Assembly (NCBI GenBank): GCA_019058275.1
Contig: JAHLVW010000009.1
Span: 1 to 40,099 of the forward strand
Length of the DNA: 40,099 bases
Direction: 5' to 3'
DNA from: Candidatus Heimdallarchaeota archaeon
Lineage (GTDB): Archaea > Asgardarchaeota > Heimdallarchaeia > JABLTI01
The first letter of the stretch is position 1. Every line of letters begins with the position of its first letter. A program made the position numbers and the translations under genes. The notes below the pieces were generated by a model that was not told the DNA's origin, ran no database searches, and saw only the letters and a list, made by a program, of their open reading frames with translations. This document shows, one piece after another, positions 19,501 to 26,498 of this stretch.

Positions 19501-19638
19501 GTTGGTATTTTTTAGCTGCTTTTCTAAAAGTTGCATGCGGTTTTCAAAATCCTCTGAATCAATTTCCTCGAGAGCATATTTTTTCTCAATCTCCATTATT
19601 TCTTTGAGGATATCAATTCTATTTCGCAAATGTATCAC
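16600..19638 (-). CDS. Large hypothetical protein: coiled-coil N-terminus, acidic Pro/Glu-rich linker, three PRC-barrel-like repeats
   Basis: Heptad-rich aa 1-270; E/P/T-rich aa about 290-560; repeats LSGKAL..EFLGYLQEV, PIGKEC..GIKVGKVIAI, LRVRTTNGRHIGTCLGL. Confidence 0.72.
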   Translation of the reverse strand: MIHLRNRIDILKEIMEIEKKYALEEIDSEDFENRMQLLEKQLKNTNVISEEDLLRAIDSREIPLSANRLVGRISIEDLLPTFNVPRTFFRHLKIEREIKELDRNIYNLEHNLQKLKILQAEKKINTDTANIKIETLEFDLRLAHNRFAAREKYLKRNPSKAELLKFTLENYLRFSFGHGITNETELKELSSDLQKEIKIRQKYRKALAEMLATVKTTQLEISTTKSRNGLPDFKQLLEIQQSVNELKVYIRILSNDIKEYCNCLSLLQDDILKIDHSHDLFIPEEFGIEIEAENQTIEIQKKKKQIAPLLETLEIEGLVNDPISYFLIDTTDSITIPEEVPSTVSEEPTDEFVIPDTPQPIYEPKLDLEIIGMEDFSQPFSINGSTEQMNVFTEQIIFESYEGLLEKLIDPEVEKPKPQPKPVESKAEFSSLTSDLKKTKGIVESYDKEFPGSIEVPETPQELELEVLTNDITVIEEIEAIPSEELMDIESTDDMVVTETSEEVLDIPAPPPDYTITHEITEEPQEFGISTTETEIIPEQIVTPAEIKPEILDQVEEDLIKPQKTSMILPKLLEAATEAWKLSGKALFNLVEDVKREFLGYLQEVIVFDKNKLGFTLVSEASADQSIIDNIFDQIKPLWVTEEYMESTEKRKNYLISEVMESLQIQKDVALHITRLQEFANFRNINYPTEEQIHSQEILGIVPIDKIRIKHGSVICSPDNIVAPQPYRTAPWDGKLITSERTPIGKECCLSQGIKVGKVIAIVKHPLMGKLLLIDTREPDTTLVNYLVDRLEIIEDKPKERLWLVKYLIAKQLRIPEGEALKPRTLINYSLNRGFPILPNEILNTFRVFVSGGSVDKIGKKSVILRNSSRVFYPSEIFPIECLRVRTTNGRHIGTCLGLSLSDNPVLLVSEKLSREVVVLFTNATVEKEVMSDISQSVTGSIGVELKDSLCTHNIFKSLISGRKIQTLAEYGKFLSMMNVTGIDLSEMQVVEKGTIFVISPDAPGSNIFQKQ

Positions 19639-19778
19639 CGCTCAATTTTCTATATATTATTCTATTTCATTCTTACTTAAAAAATATCACATATTAAAAA
19701 TTATTTTACTCTAATTTCAAATTCCTTTCTGATTCATCTAACACAGAAACTTATTATATAGGTATTTGTTTCTTTTGT

Positions 19779-20594
19779 TTGCGCCATATGTGTACAAAAA
19801 TTTTCCTAGGTTTGTTGCAGATGACATTCGTGGATTGGTATCATAGCAATCAAGATTGGCTTATGCTTGTATGCATGTTCATTACTTTGACAGTTATACT
19901 ATCAATTTTTTACATTCTAAGCAAGAAAGGTTTAGATGTTTTCTATACACGAAAAGGTGTTCATATAACAGCTGGTAGCTATATTTTCTTTTGGTTAATG
20001 GCTTCTGATAATATTTGGACTAGATGGGTTGCTTCTATACCAGCTGTATTAACAGCTCTAATCTTTTTACTAATTGGTTTGAAAGCTATTCCTGGAGGTT
20101 TTTTGGTTAAAAGTATGTCTCGAACAGGCGAACCATTTGATCTAGTTAAAGGTACTTTAATTTATGCTATAATTATGTCTCTCATTTGTGTGTTTATTTG
20201 GCGTGACCAACCATGGGGATTAATAGTAATAATGACTATAGCTTGGGGAGACGGAATTGCTCCAATAGCTGGAAAATTTTTAGGAAAGCATAAATATCGT
20301 TCTATTGGTGGAGGAGAGAAGTCAATTGAAGGGAGCATTGCAATGTTTATTGTTTCAGTTGCATTTAGCTATTTGATAGTCTATGTTTTTGGAATAGTTC
20401 TTACAGGAGAAAATTGGCTTTGGGGATATGATCAATGGCCTTGGCTTTGGGGTAAAATCCTAATTTTAGTGACCGTTGGGACAATTGCTGAAGGTCTTAG
20501 TCCAACAGATATTGATAACTTAGTTGTACCAATAGTTATGATTCTAATTACATTAACATTTCAATTGAATATCTTTCTCAATCCGTTAAAATAA
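19779..20594 (+). CDS. Phytol/dolichol kinase-like integral membrane kinase (CTP-dependent); start may be ATG 19821
   Basis: YTRKGVHI, SMSRTG, GTLIY, AWGDGIAPIAGKFLG, KSIEGS, DIDNL motifs. Confidence 0.88.
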   Translation: MRHMCTKIFLGLLQMTFVDWYHSNQDWLMLVCMFITLTVILSIFYILSKKGLDVFYTRKGVHITAGSYIFFWLMASDNIWTRWVASIPAVLTALIFLLIGLKAIPGGFLVKSMSRTGEPFDLVKGTLIYAIIMSLICVFIWRDQPWGLIVIMTIAWGDGIAPIAGKFLGKHKYRSIGGGEKSIEGSIAMFIVSVAFSYLIVYVFGIVLTGENWLWGYDQWPWLWGKILILVTVGTIAEGLSPTDIDNLVVPIVMILITLTFQLNIFLNPLK

Positions 20595-20604
20595 AAAAAG
20601 GATA

Positions 20605-21093
20605 TTATCCTTGTAAATTCTCAAGGATAAAAAGTAATTCTTCTGCCAAAGTTGGTTTACTTTTAGGATTTTCAATCATCTCTCCAACTTGTTCACCTGA
20701 AGAATTTAAAATATAAAATGTAGGTATTTTTCGTAAATCAAATTCATCTACCTCAGGAGGAGAGGGAGGAATTCGCCATCTTACATCTGGATCTAAAGGA
20801 GCAGATTTAATGCTTTTGAAAAAGATAGCATTAATACTTGGTTTTTTCTTAACAATTTTAGCAAATTCAGCAACATACTTTTTACAATCTTTACACCAAT
20901 CTGCAGAAAATACAACAAATGTATGACAATTAACTATATCTTCTAATCTTTTTATTATGTCATCATTTGGTTCGTAATTTTCATAGGTATCCCTTAAGAT
21001 GTCTCCATGTTTTCCCTCTAACTTTGCTAGCATTTCATCTACATTCAAACCTGCTTTCTTAAGCTTAGTAATATCATGTTTAATCATTGTCAA
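20605..21093 (-). CDS. Thioredoxin-family protein
   Basis: FSADWCKDC active site; IPTF cis-Pro motif; MIENP...LAEEL. Confidence 0.88.
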   Translation of the reverse strand: MTMIKHDITKLKKAGLNVDEMLAKLEGKHGDILRDTYENYEPNDDIIKRLEDIVNCHTFVVFSADWCKDCKKYVAEFAKIVKKKPSINAIFFKSIKSAPLDPDVRWRIPPSPPEVDEFDLRKIPTFYILNSSGEQVGEMIENPKSKPTLAEELLFILENLQG

Positions 21094-21297
21094 TATAAAT
21101 CAACTTTTTAATTTATCAAAGGATATTTCATAAAATGCTTATTATATCTTTTCTCTTATTTTCTAATTATTAAGAGAGAGCTAATTTATTGTTTATGAGA
21201 AAGAAATAAGATATTTTTCCGCTTTTTTTCGGAATTTTTATATTTGGTTAATATACTATTATCTACTGTTTCAAACATTTAGAAAAGGTTAGTAACA

Positions 21298-22248
21298 ATG
21301 ATAGGTAGTTCATACAGTGAAGTAGAAATAGAGAAATTTCTGCAAGAAGTTCTTTGTTCTCCTCTTGCATTGTCAATTTATAAGCAACTGGTTATGGATG
21401 GTGGAAATACTGCATTAGGTATTTCTGAAAGTTTAAAATCAAAGGGCATGAAAGCATCAAAAACAAGAGTTTACGAAGAAATATCAACTCTCTTAAAACT
21501 AGGTTTAATTAAAAGAGTATCAAATAGACCACCTGTCTATACTACTGTTACGTCCAAAGATAACCTTGAGCAAATAGCAATGCAATTCTTTATGGAATCT
21601 CGAGAAGATTTAATGAGACGTTGGGCTGCAACTTACCCGTTTCTCCCTGATAATATGAAAACAACTGATTTGAAAACCACAAAACTAGCTGGGGGTCCTA
21701 TGGTTAATTTCAATCCTTATCCAGTTGTTGACATTTTTAATACTGAAACTGAAGGATTAAGACGCTATATGTTAAGGGTTTTTGAATCAAATTCAATATC
21801 TGTTTCAAACATGGTTGTAGATACTTGTTTTGCTACAGATAATTTTAGAAGAGTTTTTGAATTTGATAATTTTGAATCTTTCTTAGCTCAAATAAAAACG
21901 AACTATGATAGGTTTGGCCCAATTAATACTAGAATAATGTCTACCCATGTAACAGATGATATGATGCAAATGAAACAACTCACTAAATTAACTAGCTTTT
22001 ATAAAAAATACTTCAGTCTAATTAACTACGAAATTAGGGAACCAGGTTCTACCTTGTCAAGCTTTATTTTAGGTGATAAGAACGTTCTCTATCCAGTTGG
22101 TATTGGTGGAATTAATAAAAGAACTTACTTTATTATAGAGATAAGAGATCCTCAGATAGTCAAAATAGCACACAATTCTTTTGAAGATGCTTGGAAGAAG
22201 GCCAAACCAATATTGAAAATTGAAAATGGCGAAATTATCTATCAATAG
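21298..22248 (+). CDS. TrmB-like transcriptional regulator (wHTH + degenerate PLD-like domain)
   Basis: TALGIS...KTRVYEEISTLLKLGLIKR...RPPVY HTH; C-terminal SSFILGDK...FEDAWKKA. Confidence 0.8.
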   Translation: MIGSSYSEVEIEKFLQEVLCSPLALSIYKQLVMDGGNTALGISESLKSKGMKASKTRVYEEISTLLKLGLIKRVSNRPPVYTTVTSKDNLEQIAMQFFMESREDLMRRWAATYPFLPDNMKTTDLKTTKLAGGPMVNFNPYPVVDIFNTETEGLRRYMLRVFESNSISVSNMVVDTCFATDNFRRVFEFDNFESFLAQIKTNYDRFGPINTRIMSTHVTDDMMQMKQLTKLTSFYKKYFSLINYEIREPGSTLSSFILGDKNVLYPVGIGGINKRTYFIIEIRDPQIVKIAHNSFEDAWKKAKPILKIENGEIIYQ

Positions 22249-22265
22249 TGTTATTTGAGATATTA

Positions 22266-22356
22266 AAATAGGGGAGGAAAAATCCTCCCGCAGGTTGCCA
22301 AGGTTTGTGTCAGATCCTTCAAACAGGGTGCACTGAAAATTAGTACTGAAGGTTCT
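22266..22356 (-). ncRNA. Candidate small structured RNA
   Basis: GC-enriched intergenic tract. TTATATAC box (22384-22377) ends about 21 nt upstream of a 5' stem GAACCTTCA/TGAAGGATC; 3' hairpin GGGAGGA-TTTT-TCCTCCC followed by a T-rich tail. Confidence 0.45.
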
Positions 22357-22395
22357 AAAGAAAGGTTGAAATTTAGGTATATAACCTCCGCTTTT

Positions 22396-24105
22396 TCAAA
22401 TTACAATATAGAATTCAGCAAATAATTTCTCAATTATTTTTGGTTTCATATCCTTTCCTATTTTACCCAATTCTTTTTCATCAGCTTTCATTATTGCTAA
22501 AGCTTTTTTCTGGTCTTTAGGATCTCGAGATTTTAGCAATTTTCTAAGTTCTTTTTTATCTACATCTATTTTGATTGCTTTATCTTTAGTTTCACTTTCT
22601 TCAATCTGTGTTATGACTTTTGATGTTAAATCTTCCAATGCCCTTTTTTGATCTACTTTATCCTTTTTTGGTAGCTCTGTTTCATAATCTTGTATAACAA
22701 TACGTGTTTTTGGAAATTCCTTTCCTCTATGTAAGCGTCCAAAAGCACTACTCTTTGCGTTGCAAAATAGTTGAAATTGAAAATTAGTTAATTTTTTAGC
22801 TTCCATTTTCTTATAAGCCATTAACCATTGAACTTCATCAATTGTAAGATGAATTTCATCTAGTAAAGTAATTTTCTTGAGTTCAGTTGTAAAATAAGTT
22901 TCTCTTATTTGTATAGGAACAGGTCGACCCCATTCTTGCATTTCATCAATTAAAATGAGAAGAAATGCTAATGGATTGTTCTCAAAAACATAATCTTTTA
23001 GTTGATCTTTAAAATTATGAATAGAAATTGCTTGAGCTGCTTTAATGTAACCTTCTAGTTCATCGCTATTTTGTTTTATCTCTTCAGGAGTTCCTAAACT
23101 TTTCAGTAAACTTAGTGCACCAACAACTCCATGGTCTAAAGATATTTTACTTTCATATTCAAATGTAGTATGAACATTTTCTCTATCATGGAAATGCTGA
23201 ATTTCCGGAAGACGTAAGGAATCGAAATCTAAGCCTGAACCACTACGAATAAGCAATTTTGCATCCTTGGAAAGACCTTCTTCTAAGAGTTTGATATATG
23301 GTTCAAGATTTTTATTTGAGAGAGAAATTTCGAAAGGTATAACATCAAAATCTAGCATTGGGTAACATTTGAGAATCTGATTTAGCAATGAATAATTGAT
23401 TGATTTGGTCATTTTTTGCATTGGATATCCAATATCGTGAATTAACCCCATTACCCACCATATCTGATCTTTTATCATTTCCTTATCTATTTTGGTTATG
23501 TCAGAAATATGTTTGAGCAAATTACCTAGACCAAGATCTTGTTCAAGTAGAAAATCTCCTAGGACTGCAACACGTAGTTGGTGTTCAGTATGGTCTCGAT
23601 AATATTTACCAGCACTTGTACTATAAAGAAAGCTTTCAAGATCAGGCAATGAATGAATGAGATATAGAATACCTTCAGAGGTTATTCCTCTTTCTTTTGC
23701 TACATCATATAAGGCTGAAGACAAACTCTTTCGTTTACCTGTGACAAAATCAATATTCATGTCTCCAATCTCAAAACCAGGTATGCTACCTCTTAATTTT
23801 TCTGTTAATTTACTTTGAATATTACCAACCATGCCTGATATGTATCCACCTAAAGAACCTAATCCTTGAAGGTTATCAGAAAATTTTGTTAATGATTTTT
23901 CGGCTCGCTTCATTTGTTCTTCCAATTCAACTAAATCAGGCAAATCTTGTTTGGATTTCTTTAATTCATCAGCAACTTCTGGCCTACTTTCCTCAATTGA
24001 TTTCGTAATTGATGCAACAAGATTTTTCGCCCATTCACTAAAACTATTACTTTCTTTAGATATTCTTTGTAAAATCCAATCATCATTGATAATATATTCA
24101 GGCAT
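22396..24105 (-). CDS. HD-superfamily metal-dependent phosphohydrolase with N-terminal helical region
   Basis: YRDHTEHQLRV..LG, IHDIGYP, DHGVVGA, AISIHN, PLAFLLILIDEMQEWGR. Start placed at MPEY (24105); the ORF-track extension to 24183 looks like AT-rich promoter DNA. Confidence 0.85.
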   Translation of the reverse strand: MPEYIINDDWILQRISKESNSFSEWAKNLVASITKSIEESRPEVADELKKSKQDLPDLVELEEQMKRAEKSLTKFSDNLQGLGSLGGYISGMVGNIQSKLTEKLRGSIPGFEIGDMNIDFVTGKRKSLSSALYDVAKERGITSEGILYLIHSLPDLESFLYSTSAGKYYRDHTEHQLRVAVLGDFLLEQDLGLGNLLKHISDITKIDKEMIKDQIWWVMGLIHDIGYPMQKMTKSINYSLLNQILKCYPMLDFDVIPFEISLSNKNLEPYIKLLEEGLSKDAKLLIRSGSGLDFDSLRLPEIQHFHDRENVHTTFEYESKISLDHGVVGALSLLKSLGTPEEIKQNSDELEGYIKAAQAISIHNFKDQLKDYVFENNPLAFLLILIDEMQEWGRPVPIQIRETYFTTELKKITLLDEIHLTIDEVQWLMAYKKMEAKKLTNFQFQLFCNAKSSAFGRLHRGKEFPKTRIVIQDYETELPKKDKVDQKRALEDLTSKVITQIEESETKDKAIKIDVDKKELRKLLKSRDPKDQKKALAIMKADEKELGKIGKDMKPKIIEKLFAEFYIVI

Positions 24106-24216
24106 CTTAATACACTTATACAAATTATATATTATATAATAATAACTGTTCTTAGTTATTTTTTTATCTAGAAAAAAAGTCATATTATATAAAAAAAAAA
24201 AGGAATAGCATAATAA

Positions 24217-24522
24217 TTATGCTAATTTATTTAATTCGTTTTGTACTACATAGATTCCAACTGGGAAGAGGAGCCACAATAATAGAAATGCCATCATAGC
24301 ACTTGTTTCAGATTTTGTTACTTTTTCCCAACCTTCAGCATACTTATAGTACCAGAAAATAGTTCCTACATAAGGAATGAGCCACATCCAAGCAGTTGGA
24401 ATACCCGCTCCTTTTTCATTCATTTCATTTTTGGTGGATATACTCCAGAAAAGCCAAGATATACCTAAAGTACAACATAGACCCCAAATAATTACCATTA
24501 TTGGATTTCTTTCTTTAACCAT
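24217..24522 (-). CDS. DUF4234-family small membrane protein
   Basis: ERNPIMVIIWGLCCTLGISWLFW...KNEM...WYYKY...VQNELNKL. Confidence 0.85.
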   Translation of the reverse strand: MVKERNPIMVIIWGLCCTLGISWLFWSISTKNEMNEKGAGIPTAWMWLIPYVGTIFWYYKYAEGWEKVTKSETSAMMAFLLLWLLFPVGIYVVQNELNKLA

Positions 24523-24674
24523 TTTTTTATCAACTACCTTGATATACCTAAAAATTGTAACTATCTTATTTATTAAAATTTAGGAAAGAGCATTGAAATT
24601 AGTAAACGATGGACTTTAACCAAAATAGCAATAGGAAAAGATTGATAAATAATGAGTTACAAAAATATAAGTCG

Positions 24675-24690
24675 TTGACATACTAGTCAA
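24675..24690. promoter_or_regulatory. Inverted repeat TTGAC-N6-GTCAA, putative operator
   Basis: Lies between an AATATAA box (about 24664-24670) and the TM2 gene start, in a divergent intergenic region. Confidence 0.4.
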
Positions 24691-24710
24691 TATTAAATGA
24701 GGCAAAAAAA

Positions 24711-24905
24711 ATGGCAGGAGAAACTGATAAAATCGTAATGATTTTAGTATGTTGGTTTTTAGGCGCTTTTGGAGTCCACAGATTCCTTAAGGGTTACTGG
24801 CTATCCGGCATTGTCTGGTTATGCACTGGTGGTCTTTTCGTAATTGGTTGGATAATTGATCTTATCTGGATTATTGTAGATAAGCCACTAATTTGGCCAA
24901 AATAA
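24711..24905 (+). CDS. TM2 (NINE) domain small membrane protein
   Basis: WFLGAFGVHRFL...GIVWLCTGGLFVIGWIIDL; GAGG upstream. Confidence 0.92.
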   Translation: MAGETDKIVMILVCWFLGAFGVHRFLKGYWLSGIVWLCTGGLFVIGWIIDLIWIIVDKPLIWPK

Positions 24906-25100
24906 CCTAACTATCTATTTCTATCAATGAAATCTATTCATTAATTCTATCTTTTTTTTCTAAATTACTCAAAACTCATATTTATCTTTGTTACAAATTA
25001 ATCTGTTATTTCTCAAAATTTTACTTAGAAAATATTATAATATTAAAAGTAAATCAATCAAATTACAACTATTGGTACCTGCTTTATTTGAGGTAAAAAA

Positions 25101-25295
25101 ATGGTAAAAGAAAAAAAGATTATTGATTTTCTCTTGGTCTTCTTTTTAGGTTTTGGAGTATTCAGAGCAATAAAAGGATACTACATATCAGCTATAGTTA
25201 AATTTGTTTTATGGCTTGTAGGTGCTGGTTTTATCTGGTGGATAATTGATTGGGTATTTGTCTTATTAGATAAAAAGCTCCTTTGGCAAGAATAA
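25101..25295 (+). CDS. TM2-like small membrane protein (divergent paralog of 24711-24905)
   Basis: Same length (64 aa); FLGFGVFRAIKGYYIS...WWIIDW...DKKLLW aligns with the neighbour; GAGGT upstream. Confidence 0.82.
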   Translation: MVKEKKIIDFLLVFFLGFGVFRAIKGYYISAIVKFVLWLVGAGFIWWIIDWVFVLLDKKLLWQE

Positions 25296-25556
25296 TTTCA
25301 ACTATTTTTTCTTTTCTTTATAATACAAGTAAAAGCTGTAATTTTACAGGTTATTTTTTACAAATTAAAATCAAAGTTATATATCATCATTAATAGATAA
25401 AAGGCATTTGAATCGATGAATTGATGTAAAAATAAAGAAAAAAAGTCTTTTTTTAAAAGAAATAATTTTTTTATAATAGCTGTTTTTTGAATAAAAATCT
25501 TAAATCATGATGCTTTTAATTAGAAATAATGATAATTATAAGGAGAAAAATGATAA

Positions 25557-25994
25557 ATGTCTCGAAATGTACAAGGAACTAGATCATATTTCATGTGGGT
25601 ATTTTTAGGAATTATAACATTAGGTATTTGTTTTATAGTATACAATTTGTTGAATTTCTTGGATTTAGATGAGCATAATAGAAGATATGCAAGCAGAGAA
25701 AACGCTTCATCAACTGATTCGCAAGCCTGACTTATGGTTTTATTGTGTATTTTTATACCTGGCATAGGAGGATTCATCGCTTTATACATCAAATATTCAA
25801 AATTACATGATCACTTAGCAGTTTATCAAGGTGCTCCAAATATACCCGATGGGTTGAGTATATTATTGATAAACCTACTCTTGTCTTGGGTAAGTCTCGG
25901 AATTATATTCTTATATTTCGAATGGAAATGGCAACATGTATTTAATGAGCATAATTGTTGGCATGCTCACCAAGAAGCACAATTAACAAGATAA
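25557..25994 (+). pseudogene. DUF4234-like membrane protein interrupted by a single in-frame TGA (25728-25730)
   Basis: ATG 25557 (AAGGAG upstream) reads MSRNVQGTRSYFMWVFLGIITLGICFIVYNLLNFLDLDEH...DSQA*LMVLLCIF, in frame with ORF 25734-25994; similar to the membrane part of 3825-4553. Confidence 0.8.
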
Positions 25995-26498
25995 AAGATG
26001 CTGAGAAGGAAAACTTTCCTTCTTTTTTTCTACAAATAAATTTATATTAAGATAAATCATTTTACTTCTAAAAGCAATTGACATTAATAATCATGTTTGC
26101 TTTATTTATATGAAATTCCTAATGGAGGATAAGATGTGACTACTTGGAGGCGATATTGGGTTATCGTCTTGGCTAATACTACATTCTAGGTTTCTTTTCC
26201 AATTGACTTTAGGTTTAATTCAACTTTTTTATCTGAACATCTTCAGTAACTTAATTTCAATACTTATTAGCCAAAGTAAAATTAACGGGTTACCAGAACC
26301 ATATTTATCTGGGATTTCTTATGACAATTCTAATCAAAGAACTTATCATAGAACAAGCGAAAAAGCTTTTAATTACTATTGTGCGACAAAACAAAGAAAA
26401 TCTGATAGCTTGATTAATACTGGAATGCTAAAACAGCTTCTAGTAGAACTGAAAGGTATTCATAAGAATTCATTATTCCTTAGGATGGAGTTGAAAAT

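Noticed and set aside
22266-22356. Hammerhead ribozyme or C/D-box sRNA
   Set aside because: No CUGAUGA/GAAA core or RUGAUGA C box with proper spacing.
25336-25349. CTGTAA-TT-TTACAG palindrome
   Set aside because: Short and AT-rich, just after a gene end; plausible by chance.
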